Virus record (IMG/VR): IMGVR_UViG_3300047476_000779
Coordinates: 6,263-70,262 of that record
DNA from: a virus
DNA: 64,000 nucleotides
Direction: 5' to 3' (one strand)
Shown here: positions 36,459 through 44,855 of the stretch, one piece after another
How the letters are laid out: each line of letters starts with the position of its first letter
Numbering within the stretch: position 1 is the first letter of the stretch
Notes under the pieces: model-generated
Databases searched by the model: none
The model's input: the letters and a program-made list of their open reading frames with translations, nothing else
What the model was told of the DNA's origin: nothing
Position numbers and translations under genes: made by a program

Positions 36459-37463
36459 ATGAAATACGCACTAATCGACACTGCCAACACTTTCTTTCGA
36501 GCACGCCACGTGGCTTCACGTAACAGCGACCCAGAAGAAAAGGCCGCGTTTGCGCTACACTTGACCCTCGCAAGTATTAATCAAGCTGTACGTTTGTACC
36601 AAATTGACCACGTTGTCGTGTGCTTAGAAGGTCGTAGCTTCCGGAAGTCACTATACGCTCCTTATAAAAAGAATCGTGTAGTAGATGAAAAATTACAGAC
36701 TGAGGCTGAGATTGAAGAAAACAGGATGTTCTGGGAGCACTACGAAGCACTAACAACTTTTTTCAGAGAGAAGACCAACGTATCAGTACTACGGCATGAA
36801 GAAGCTGAGGCTGATGACATGATCGCCCGATTCATTCACTTACATCCTAATGACCAACACTACATTATTAGTACAGACACCGACTACTACCAACTTTTGT
36901 CTGACAACGTTTCACAGTTTAACGGGGTCGAGGGTCACTTAATTACGACCTCGGGTTATTGGAAAGACAACGGCAAGCCTGTTATCGATAAAAAAACTAA
37001 CGAACAGAAGGTTCTTGCTGGTACTCCCGACTATCTCAAATTCCTAAAATTAATCCGCGGTGATTCGGGTGACAACGTATTCCCTGCTTATCCTGGTGTG
37101 CGTGAGAAAGGTTCTAAGAATAAAGTCGGTATCATGGAAGCATACGAAGACCGTGATAAACAGGGCTTTGCGTGGAACACGTTCATGTTGCAGCGCTGGA
37201 CCGATCATGAGGGTGTGGAACACAGAGTTCGTGATGACTATGAGCGTAATAAGGTTCTAATTGATCTAACCGCACAGCCTCAGGAAATCAAGGATAAGGT
37301 CGATCAACGTATTCGTGAGTCAGTTAGGGTAACTACCACCCCTCAAGTTGGTATCCATTTTATGCGTTTCTGTTCAAAATATGCCTTGGAAAAAATATCT
37401 CAAAATGTGGATGCTTATTGTAAATGGATTAACGCACCGTATCAAGGGAACGTTAATGAATGA
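36459..37463 (+). CDS. rnh: 5'-3' exonuclease / RNase H (T4 rnh / FEN-like)
   Basis: N-terminal layout (ALIDTANTFFRA ... HVVVCLEGRSFRKSLYAPYKKNR) parallels T4 RNase H (LIDFSQIA ... IVLCIDNAKSGYWRRDFAYYYKKNR). Confidence 0.6.
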   Translation: MKYALIDTANTFFRARHVASRNSDPEEKAAFALHLTLASINQAVRLYQIDHVVVCLEGRSFRKSLYAPYKKNRVVDEKLQTEAEIEENRMFWEHYEALTTFFREKTNVSVLRHEEAEADDMIARFIHLHPNDQHYIISTDTDYYQLLSDNVSQFNGVEGHLITTSGYWKDNGKPVIDKKTNEQKVLAGTPDYLKFLKLIRGDSGDNVFPAYPGVREKGSKNKVGIMEAYEDRDKQGFAWNTFMLQRWTDHEGVEHRVRDDYERNKVLIDLTAQPQEIKDKVDQRIRESVRVTTTPQVGIHFMRFCSKYALEKISQNVDAYCKWINAPYQGNVNE

Positions 37464-37692
37464 TTTAATTGAGAAGCAATTGTACTTGGGTATCGTTGCG
37501 GTACTCAAGGATCAGAAGTTATATTACGAATCACAAGTCGGTGGTAAAGGTGCCTACAATCACTTTCAAGATGGTGGCAAAGAAGCATTGCTTTTGTACA
37601 TTGAAACCATGGCACCATTGATTCTGAAAAACGAGCGTGAGAAACTCGACAAACGTGCCAAACAATTGATGTGGGAAGAATTGAAGAAATGA
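37456..37692 (+). CDS. hypothetical protein
   Basis: ATG 37456 overlaps the rnh stop (ATGAATGA). Confidence 0.35.
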   Translation: MNDLIEKQLYLGIVAVLKDQKLYYESQVGGKGAYNHFQDGGKEALLLYIETMAPLILKNEREKLDKRAKQLMWEELKK

Positions 37693-37916
37693 CATTCACT
37701 GTACAAGAAAATCGTATCAAAGAGATTAAACGGGACGATCAACACTTTTACATGATTGATGGCATCAAGATGGTACCACGTGCTGGAATTGAAATTTCTA
37801 AAAGTTGTCCATATAACTATCAAAAAATTCTAGCCGATTGTATTGACAGAGGCTGGGTAAAACCAGTAGCATACGTAAAGACTAAGGAACTATTCTGGGA
37901 AGTACTAGAATCATGA
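37689..37916 (+). CDS. hypothetical protein
   Basis: ATGA overlap with the upstream ORF. Confidence 0.35.
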   Translation: MTFTVQENRIKEIKRDDQHFYMIDGIKMVPRAGIEISKSCPYNYQKILADCIDRGWVKPVAYVKTKELFWEVLES

Positions 37917-38395
37917 ATAAAGTATTTTATGAAAAAGTCGGTAAGCGTTACAAGCCCGTCAGAGAGTACGACAGTACACTGATGGATGCCATGCCTAAGG
38001 GTACTCATATCATCATGTGTTACCCGGGCGGTCAATCAACTCGTTATAGCATTGACCCGGCACTTGCGCCCTTGATTGCCGCAGGTCGTGTAGCAGAGGA
38101 TGCTATATCTAATGCTATACACAAAGCCTCTGAATTGCGTCCAGCAAGAAGCTATAACATTACGCCGGAACAACGTAAATTGTTTGATGCGTTTCTGGCT
38201 TCAATGCCAGCTGATGATTACCAGCGTAACATGATGACATACGGATCAATTCGTGACGCCGCAGAAGCAGGGGTCAAGGCTATGATAGATGAAGCAAACA
38301 AACTGTTGGAGAACCCAGCAGTGAAAAAAGCCTATGAGCATTTTTTGCTTGTAGCAGAATTAACAAAGGGAGAGACACATGACACTAATAGCTAA
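37913..38395 (+). CDS. hypothetical protein
   Basis: 160-aa ORF. Confidence 0.45.
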   Translation: MNKVFYEKVGKRYKPVREYDSTLMDAMPKGTHIIMCYPGGQSTRYSIDPALAPLIAAGRVAEDAISNAIHKASELRPARSYNITPEQRKLFDAFLASMPADDYQRNMMTYGSIRDAAEAGVKAMIDEANKLLENPAVKKAYEHFLLVAELTKGETHDTNS

Positions 38396-38831
38396 GCCGG
38401 TAGTAAAAGACCAGTTTTGGATAGTAACTGACGGTGAAAAGAAAGTCGGCAATGTTATTGCTGAGGGCAGTGGTTTTGATGTAAAGATACATGGTAGTAT
38501 AGCACATTTTAAAAACACTAGTGCTATAAAGCGTCAAGTTCAAATTGAATTTGAACCCGTAGTAAAAAAGACAAAACCAGAGCCAGTATTCACTGAATAC
38601 CCTACAACTAGCAAAGTATATAACTCAATGTTTGATATTAAACGCAAACTACATTTATATACAAAAACACCAAAGAGTAAATGCTATCATGCCGCAGGGT
38701 GGTACGTGATGCGTCAAGGTTCTGATCCTGTCGTAACTTTTTGCCCAAAATATATCTTTATTCAACGATATGAGTATTCAGGCCCGTATAAAACAGAAAA
38801 CGAAGCAAAAAGCCAGATAAATAAGCTATGA
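38379..38831 (+). CDS. hypothetical protein
   Basis: 150-aa ORF. Confidence 0.45.
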   Translation: MTLIAKPVVKDQFWIVTDGEKKVGNVIAEGSGFDVKIHGSIAHFKNTSAIKRQVQIEFEPVVKKTKPEPVFTEYPTTSKVYNSMFDIKRKLHLYTKTPKSKCYHAAGWYVMRQGSDPVVTFCPKYIFIQRYEYSGPYKTENEAKSQINKL

Positions 38832-39031
38832 TTCATATCAAACGGTTTATTGACAAAGTTACTTCAACTGAAGGCAAGCAAGGAAAAGACGTAGTTATTC
38901 CTATACACGAAGCCAGAGGTTTACGTGATGAATTAGCCAAGTTATTAATAGACCGTGTAGAAAAAAACAACATGAAAGAATCTACCCCTGAAGTTATAGA
39001 AATTCAAGTGGTAGGTGGGAAATTTAAATGA
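38828..39031 (+). CDS. hypothetical protein
   Basis: 67-aa ORF. Confidence 0.4.
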   Translation: MIHIKRFIDKVTSTEGKQGKDVVIPIHEARGLRDELAKLLIDRVEKNNMKESTPEVIEIQVVGGKFK

Positions 39032-39327
39032 GCAGAACACAACCAAAAGTATTACTAGAGCTAGTTGATAAGGTAACATACAAATGCGACCAGATCGTAG
39101 AAGCCTCTGGGATTTGGGCCGTGTTCTATGACGGTCAACCTATCAATTTAAAATCACAGCATTACTTGGATAATGAAGCTACACCCAAGTACAAAAAGAC
39201 TAGCTTCAGTAACCCAGGACACGCACGAAACCTGTGTCGCAAACTTAACAACCAATTTAAAACTGATAAGTTCACTGTTGTGTTTATGAATACAGGTAGA
39301 TGTGTCTACCCAGATGACCAATCCTAA
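39028..39327 (+). CDS. hypothetical protein
   Basis: 99-aa ORF. Confidence 0.4.
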   Translation: MSRTQPKVLLELVDKVTYKCDQIVEASGIWAVFYDGQPINLKSQHYLDNEATPKYKKTSFSNPGHARNLCRKLNNQFKTDKFTVVFMNTGRCVYPDDQS

Positions 39328-39718
39328 GTCACACAAGTACCTCATTACTGTTGCGGTAGCGAAAGAATTGCCCGACGAACTCAGAGAAGAACGTGAGACA
39401 GCCGTTGCCAGTTTAATGTTCAAGTGGTGGCAAACAGGTAGACAAGACGGACTCAGACTCACTGAGTATGGGGATTTAGCATTCAGAATGGCAGAAATTG
39501 AATTCTATCAATACGATCTTAAACCACAACCTGCTACTAGCTATCACGCATGGTTAATGGAACTCACTAAAAAAATCAAATGCCCCTATTACATCGGCGT
39601 AAATAAAGATGGGAAGAAAAGCAAACCGTTCATACGATTCTACGACAGCAAGATTGCTATGATGGTTAGTTTGTACGGAAACGTCAACGAATATTTAGAT
39701 TCTATAAAGGTAAAATGA
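39302..39718 (+). CDS. hypothetical protein
   Basis: 138-aa ORF. Confidence 0.4.
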   Translation: MSTQMTNPKSHKYLITVAVAKELPDELREERETAVASLMFKWWQTGRQDGLRLTEYGDLAFRMAEIEFYQYDLKPQPATSYHAWLMELTKKIKCPYYIGVNKDGKKSKPFIRFYDSKIAMMVSLYGNVNEYLDSIKVK

Positions 39719-39966
39719 TGACTGAGCAAAAGAAAACAAACTTTTTGGATGCGATTAAAGCCGCACAATCTGTTAAGAATAAAGTGCCAGCTGCAAAGGC
39801 TAAGCTAATACAGCAAGAAAAGGCACCCAAAGCCAGTAAAGGTTTCGGGTCAAGTGTTATGCGAAAAACTGGGCGCGGTGGATAACTTTTGTCAACGACT
39901 TCACTAGCTGAGGCGTTATTATATAGTAGACGCTAAAATCTACTTCATTTTTCAAGGAGAAACCAA

Positions 39967-40230
39967 ATGAAACAATTAGCAATCGCAACATTAGCCGCAT
40001 TATCTTTAACAGCATTCGCCGCAGAGCCCGCAAAGACTCCTGCTGCACCAGCTACAGCCGCATCTGCTCCAGCACCCGCTAAAGCAGAAGCTCCTAAGAC
40101 TGAAATGAAGTTGGCTAAGAAGAAGGAAGACAAGGCTGCTCCCAAGCAAGACGCCACTAAAAGCCCTGTCAAGGACGAAAAGGCTGCAGCACCAACTGCT
40201 CCAAAAGCCGAAGCAAAACCAGCTAAGTGA
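39967..40230 (+). CDS. secreted Ala/Pro/Lys-rich low-complexity protein
   Basis: Signal peptide MKQLAIATLAALSLTAFA followed by AP/K repeats. RBS AAGGAGAAA. Confidence 0.5.
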   Translation: MKQLAIATLAALSLTAFAAEPAKTPAAPATAASAPAPAKAEAPKTEMKLAKKKEDKAAPKQDATKSPVKDEKAAAPTAPKAEAKPAK

Positions 40231-40406
40231 AGTAGAGGACAGTGATAACTATGATGTAGTTGAATTAGACTTACATCGTAGTTATTCTAGACCTAAACTA
40301 GTTAAAGTTAAGAATCTTTGGGATGATGATGCTGAATTACCAGAACGTATCACAAAGAGATTAGCAGAAATTAGAGTCCAAGCTCTAGCAAAATACAGAG
40401 AAACAT

Positions 40407-40432
40407 GGGGCTAAATGCCCCTTTTCTCTTTT
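40407..40432 (+). terminator. rho-independent terminator
   Basis: ggggc-taaat-gcccc hairpin, then a T-rich tract (ttttctctttt). Confidence 0.6.
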
Positions 40433-40533
40433 ATGTACAAATATTTTGCGCTATAATATTAGTGTAAATACTAATAGACAGTTGTAGGATCTGTTAAAAA
40501 TCTACGTTAAACACACTTACACAGGAGAAAAAT

Positions 40534-40812
40534 ATGTTTAATTCATTCGCATTCCAAGCCGTCGACGGCATACAAAACGCTAAGAAACAATTCGTTTCTA
40601 CATTCGTCCAGCACGAACAATTCGCTAAAGTGCTAAACGGTTTCATTGACGCACAAGCATCATACACAAAAGAAGCAATCACAGCAGGTTCTGTAGCCGC
40701 AACTGGCGTACAAGAAATCTTGACTGACCGCACACCCTATGTCAATTTGACAAAGAAAATCGCTGAGTACTTCCCTACTGCGGCTTGCGCTACAGGAAAG
40801 AAGGCTAAGTAA
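40534..40812 (+). CDS. hypothetical protein
   Basis: 92-aa ORF with RBS AGGAGAAAAA. Confidence 0.45.
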   Translation: MFNSFAFQAVDGIQNAKKQFVSTFVQHEQFAKVLNGFIDAQASYTKEAITAGSVAATGVQEILTDRTPYVNLTKKIAEYFPTAACATGKKAK

Positions 40813-40814
40813 TC

Positions 40815-41009
40815 ATGTTGTCAATTCTATTGACAATAGGAGCACTAGCTATGGTAGGCATCGTTGGTCCATTATTTGCGATGGCAACCGAATCAACGTA
40901 TGGTTCTGAGTTAGAAAACTATATCATCAGTAACAATCCTAAGGATACCGGTGATGTAGAACGACTAACTAGAGAATACGATATAGCATCATCTAAGAGG
41001 TTCCTATGA
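40815..41009 (+). CDS. small membrane protein
   Basis: 64 aa with a hydrophobic N-terminal helix. Confidence 0.4.
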   Translation: MLSILLTIGALAMVGIVGPLFAMATESTYGSELENYIISNNPKDTGDVERLTREYDIASSKRFL

Positions 41010-41094
41010 AATCAATCAAAGACTTTTTACGTTCTATACTTGAAGCTATTCAGTTAGCAAAAGCACACAGAGCAAGTAAGTACAAAAACGTACT

Positions 41095-41679
41095 ATGATT
41101 CACTTACAGCGCACTAGCATTTATAAAATTACTGAGTACAGCAAGCATTTAAAAAACTTGCCGGATGAAGATAAGTATTCACGTTTTGGCTACAAAATAA
41201 GTGACCACAATATCGATCAGTTAATTTTATCTATGTGTTATCATTACAAAGACCATGAACTGTGGTATGCGAGAACTGATGACAGGCGCGTTGGATGGGG
41301 ACATATGGCCAAGAACGAAGATGGTTCTTGGGAACTTGCTGTTAGTGTTGAACATGACTATCAACGTCAAGGTATCGGTGACATGTTAATCAATGAAATG
41401 TTAGAGTGGGCTAAGTTCCATCACATTCCTGAAGTTTATATGCACTGTATCGAGGCTAACAAAGTCATTCAACATTTGGCAGTCAAGCATAATTTGAAAA
41501 CAAAGACTAGAGGAGACGGTGAGCGCACTGCGGCACTTGAAATTCCCGAAGCAAATGTTTTTGAATCCAATGCTCAGTTGTGGAAAGAACACAATGAAAT
41601 CATGACTGAGTTTGCGAGGTTGCGTAAGCGTTACAAAGAATTGTGGGCTAACGCAGTTATACCAAAACCCTTGAAGTAA
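41095..41679 (+). CDS. GNAT family N-acetyltransferase
   Basis: QRQGIGDMLINEMLEWAK is the Q/RxxGxG/A acetyl-CoA-binding motif. Confidence 0.55.
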   Translation: MIHLQRTSIYKITEYSKHLKNLPDEDKYSRFGYKISDHNIDQLILSMCYHYKDHELWYARTDDRRVGWGHMAKNEDGSWELAVSVEHDYQRQGIGDMLINEMLEWAKFHHIPEVYMHCIEANKVIQHLAVKHNLKTKTRGDGERTAALEIPEANVFESNAQLWKEHNEIMTEFARLRKRYKELWANAVIPKPLK

Positions 41680-41727
41680 CAATATAGGTTTGTTACACTT
41701 AACACACATTAACACAGGAGACACGAT

Positions 41728-42003
41728 ATGTCACAATTTGAAACACCAAAACTACCCGAAGTAAAATTCAACAAGAACGGATATGAAATCCGTGCTGATA
41801 TCTTAGCAATGGCTAAGGATATGGTCCAGAACGAATACAGCATGAAATTTCATGGCTGGGAAATGTCAGCCGAACGTGACCCAAAGACAAACCAAATCGT
41901 ATCTACAGTTAAGATGCCCGAGTTCCCGGGTCTAGACAAGATTCTAGAGACTGCTGAAAAGATGTACGGATTTGTTAATCAAGGTACGCCGTCCAAAAAG
42001 TAA
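41728..42003 (+). CDS. hypothetical protein
   Basis: 91-aa ORF with RBS AGGAGACACG. Confidence 0.45.
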   Translation: MSQFETPKLPEVKFNKNGYEIRADILAMAKDMVQNEYSMKFHGWEMSAERDPKTNQIVSTVKMPEFPGLDKILETAEKMYGFVNQGTPSKK

Positions 42004-42020
42004 TACTTAGTACTACTTTT

Positions 42021-42040
42021 AGCCCCGGAAACGGGGCTTT
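42021..42040 (+). terminator. terminator hairpin of conserved terminator-promoter cassette
   Basis: agccccg-gaaa-cggggct, then ttt. Preceded by the conserved TAATACTTAGTACTAC element. Confidence 0.6.
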
Positions 42041-42048
42041 CCTACGGC

Positions 42049-42077
42049 TTGACAATAAATCGTTTTGGGCATATAAT
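42049..42077 (+). promoter_or_regulatory. consensus early promoter TTGACA-17-TATAAT in conserved cassette
   Basis: TTGACAATAAATCGTTTTGGGCATATAATAC. -35 at 42049-42054, -10 at 42072-42077. Confidence 0.7.
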
Positions 42078-42106
42078 ACTTGTATTGATTGATTAAAGGA
42101 GCAGTT

Positions 42107-42337
42107 ATGTCACAGCGTTTCATCGACTACATGATGGATTTCTATGGTCCCGACAGTGAAATCTATCCTGAGTTGAATTTCAACGAAACCCAAATTGCGA
42201 TTGCTCTTGGTATCTACAAGATGCGCCTGTCTACTAAGGGTGAAGAATTTTGCGAAGATTCAGTAGACCGCGAAAATGTCCGTGATATCATCCTCGAAGC
42301 ACGAGAAAAAGTTTTGCCCGAGTTCGCAAAGGCTTGA
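42107..42337 (+). CDS. hypothetical protein
   Basis: ATG 42107 with an AAGGAG RBS. Confidence 0.45.
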   Translation: MSQRFIDYMMDFYGPDSEIYPELNFNETQIAIALGIYKMRLSTKGEEFCEDSVDRENVRDIILEAREKVLPEFAKA

Positions 42338-42362
42338 CAATAAATCAGTTTGGGCATATAAT
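42334..42362 (+). promoter_or_regulatory. consensus early promoter TTGACA-17-TATAAT in conserved cassette
   Basis: TTGACAATAAATCAGTTTGGGCATATAATAC. -35 at 42334-42339, -10 at 42357-42362. Confidence 0.7.
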
Positions 42363-42395
42363 ACATACATAGACAGTTAAGACAAGGAGTTGAAA

Positions 42396-42605
42396 ATGGG
42401 TTTTGAAACAGTTGTTCTCACTAAAGTTTCTGACGTTCTCGGTACCGACAACCAAGCTAGTTTTGCTTATGGTACATTGTTTGTTGAATGCTCCGAGGCA
42501 GAGGCTCGCAAAGTGTTTCATCGCCTGAGCAAGGACTACGGTCTCGGTAAAGTTCAAATCTCCAAGTCTGAACGTAGCCCCGAATTCGCATTTGATTTTG
42601 TTTGA
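42396..42605 (+). CDS. hypothetical protein
   Basis: ATG 42396 with an AAGGAG RBS. Confidence 0.45.
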   Translation: MGFETVVLTKVSDVLGTDNQASFAYGTLFVECSEAEARKVFHRLSKDYGLGKVQISKSERSPEFAFDFV

Positions 42606-42614
42606 GGATTGAAC

Positions 42615-43388
42615 ATGCCTGGTTTTGTTGACGTTTCGCACATGAGCAACGAAGAAGTCCGACGTATGGGTCATGCTGATGACTATGACGAGGATACTAA
42701 TCGCCGTAGCTATCGTAACCCTTACGCATATCGCAAACCTACTGCCCCTAAAGAAAATATCTCATTCACTGCGGATGACATGTGGGCGGCTGCTTGGCAA
42801 GCGTATGCTATCAACGGCAATCAATACGTCAAGGCGCTACTGCCCGGTGTTCCGGAAGATCAGCCCCAGCCTAACCGTGCAATTGCTGAACGACTATTAG
42901 CCAACCCTGAACAAATCACGGAAGAAAGTCGTCAAGTCGGTGGTGTTATGCGCCGATACTTTCAAGGCTTGACTTTCAAACTTATTGAAGGCAAGAAACT
43001 TACTCCTTTTCTTCAAAGCGCATTTGACGCCGCAAACAAAGACGAAATCACTAGCAAGTATGACCTTGCTGTGATTGTCAGTTTGCCCGCAACCTACGAA
43101 AAGTCTGTAAAGCGTGAAGATATTGACCGCAAGATCAATTGGGCTCAAGGTGGGTATATTGGTATTGTCGGTGTCAAGACTGAGCAACGTATTGAGATTA
43201 TCAGAAAAATCTGGTCTCAGAAATGGAACACATGGTTCTACAGTGGCATCAACGATCAGGATCAAGTGTTGTTTTTCGCACACATGAAAACTCAACTTGA
43301 TGTTGGTTCTCATGTTACAATTCAAGGTGTTGTGAAAGCACACCGTGACAACTCTACTCAACTCAACCGTGTAAAGGTAATCGAATGA
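42615..43388 (+). CDS. hypothetical protein
   Basis: ATG 42615, 6 nt after GAGGA. Confidence 0.5.
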   Translation: MPGFVDVSHMSNEEVRRMGHADDYDEDTNRRSYRNPYAYRKPTAPKENISFTADDMWAAAWQAYAINGNQYVKALLPGVPEDQPQPNRAIAERLLANPEQITEESRQVGGVMRRYFQGLTFKLIEGKKLTPFLQSAFDAANKDEITSKYDLAVIVSLPATYEKSVKREDIDRKINWAQGGYIGIVGVKTEQRIEIIRKIWSQKWNTWFYSGINDQDQVLFFAHMKTQLDVGSHVTIQGVVKAHRDNSTQLNRVKVIE

Positions 43389-43564
43389 ATACAGTATGGG
43401 TATTAGTAGCAATCGTGTTCAACGGTCACTGGACTAACTCTATTATTCCTACACTGGAATTCAAAACACAAGAGAAGTGTCTGGCAGCTATTGAATCTTT
43501 CAAGGAAGAAACTGACAACAAACAAGGTAAGGCTTTTATGCGTTGTGTGAGGATTGAAAAATGA
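43385..43564 (+). CDS. small hypothetical protein (59 aa)
   Basis: ATGA overlap with the upstream stop. Below the ORF-track length cutoff. Confidence 0.35.
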   Translation: MNTVWVLVAIVFNGHWTNSIIPTLEFKTQEKCLAAIESFKEETDNKQGKAFMRCVRIEK

Positions 43565-43718
43565 AAAACTTTATTGTTGGTACTATTTTTGGTATTGTTA
43601 TTTCTACTGTAGGCTTCTCGGGCATCGCCCGAATGCTTGATAACGGTATTCAAAAAACCAAAGATATCGCAGTTGAAACTGCCAAGTGAAATTTAAACGT
43701 AAACAATTGGAGGACAAG

Positions 43719-44144
43719 ATGGGACTTGATATGTACGCATATGTTGGACGTCCAGGTCAACGTGCTGAGTTTTATGAGCAAGATGGTCTTGAATATAATT
43801 CAAAGACAGGTGATTGGGATGTGCCGGTTGGTGGCGTCACACAACCACAAGAAATTGCGTATTGGCGCAAGCACCCTAATCTACATGGTTGGATGCGTGA
43901 GCTATGGGAAGCAAAGGGTAACTCTGGTGAATTCAACGGTGATGAACTTGAATTGACCTGGGATGATATTGATATGCTTGAACAAGATATCAAGAATGGT
44001 ACTTTGTCAAAACTGAACGTCAGAGGTTTCTTCTTCGGAGATCCTAGTGATGAATACTACAAAGAACATGACCTCAAGTTTTGTATCGATGCTAAGGCAG
44101 AATGCTTTCTTGGTCGTCAAGTTTTCTACAACTCTAGTTGGTGA
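43719..44144 (+). CDS. hypothetical protein
   Basis: ATG 43719 with a GGAGGA RBS. Confidence 0.45.
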   Translation: MGLDMYAYVGRPGQRAEFYEQDGLEYNSKTGDWDVPVGGVTQPQEIAYWRKHPNLHGWMRELWEAKGNSGEFNGDELELTWDDIDMLEQDIKNGTLSKLNVRGFFFGDPSDEYYKEHDLKFCIDAKAECFLGRQVFYNSSW

Positions 44145-44147
44145 CGT

Positions 44148-44465
44148 ATGAGATTGATGTTAGGTACACCCGACAAGCCCAGCCTTCTTGTTGATATTGA
44201 GCAGGAATACTCACCTGCTCATTTTGAATTCTGGGTAGTCAACGGCGCATGGAAAGGTACATACAACAACGGGCACGTCACAGTGTGGCATCCCTACGAG
44301 CCATGGTCTGATCTAACTAAAACGGAGATCCTATCAGACAATCCAGACAGGTTACGTGGTGATTATCAGGAAGTGTTCAACAACTTCCACGATGAAAACT
44401 ATGTTGCGCCTAAGCCAAAGCCAGTTGAGTATCCAGCTAGCTGGGACGATGATATCCCTTTTTAA
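44148..44465 (+). CDS. hypothetical protein
   Basis: 105-aa ORF. Confidence 0.45.
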   Translation: MRLMLGTPDKPSLLVDIEQEYSPAHFEFWVVNGAWKGTYNNGHVTVWHPYEPWSDLTKTEILSDNPDRLRGDYQEVFNNFHDENYVAPKPKPVEYPASWDDDIPF

Positions 44466-44606
44466 AATGTACATTACAAACAAATACGATTCAATCAGAC
44501 TTCCCTATAGTGAAGAACTATTAGAGTGGTTGGTTGAAACTTATCCTCTTTCAAAATATAGGGTGGTACAAAAACTACCTGAGCTAAACCCGTGAGTAAA
44601 TAGCGC

Positions 44607-44807
44607 ATGTTTAAAAATATAATTATTATTGTGCTAGGAACTCTCGTGGTGTTGTTTTGGTTAAGTGAGGAAGAAGACGACACCACAAATGATTTAGATA
44701 ACGTCATTATCGAATACCAATGTAGTGACTTACCTGAATACGAAAGTGTACCCGAAGAAGTTTTACAAGAATGTAAGGCGCGCGGGTTGGTTGGAAAAAC
44801 AATTTGA
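44607..44807 (+). CDS. small membrane protein with acidic C-terminus
   Basis: 66 aa. The N-terminal TM segment is IIIVLGTLVVLFWL. Confidence 0.4.
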   Translation: MFKNIIIIVLGTLVVLFWLSEEEDDTTNDLDNVIIEYQCSDLPEYESVPEEVLQECKARGLVGKTI

Positions 44808-44832
44808 CAATTAATAAAATCGGTGTTATAAT
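44804..44832 (+). promoter_or_regulatory. consensus early promoter TTGACA-17-TATAAT
   Basis: -35 at 44804-44809 (overlapping the upstream stop), -10 at 44827-44832. Upstream of the ligase gene. Confidence 0.65.
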
Positions 44833-44855
44833 ACTAGCATTGATTAGGAGAACTC

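Noticed and set aside
43426-43653. 75-aa minus-strand ORF
   Set aside because: The plus strand here holds two short, translationally coupled ORFs (43385..43564 and 43561..43689) that continue the ATGA-overlap operon pattern. The minus ORF is their antisense shadow.
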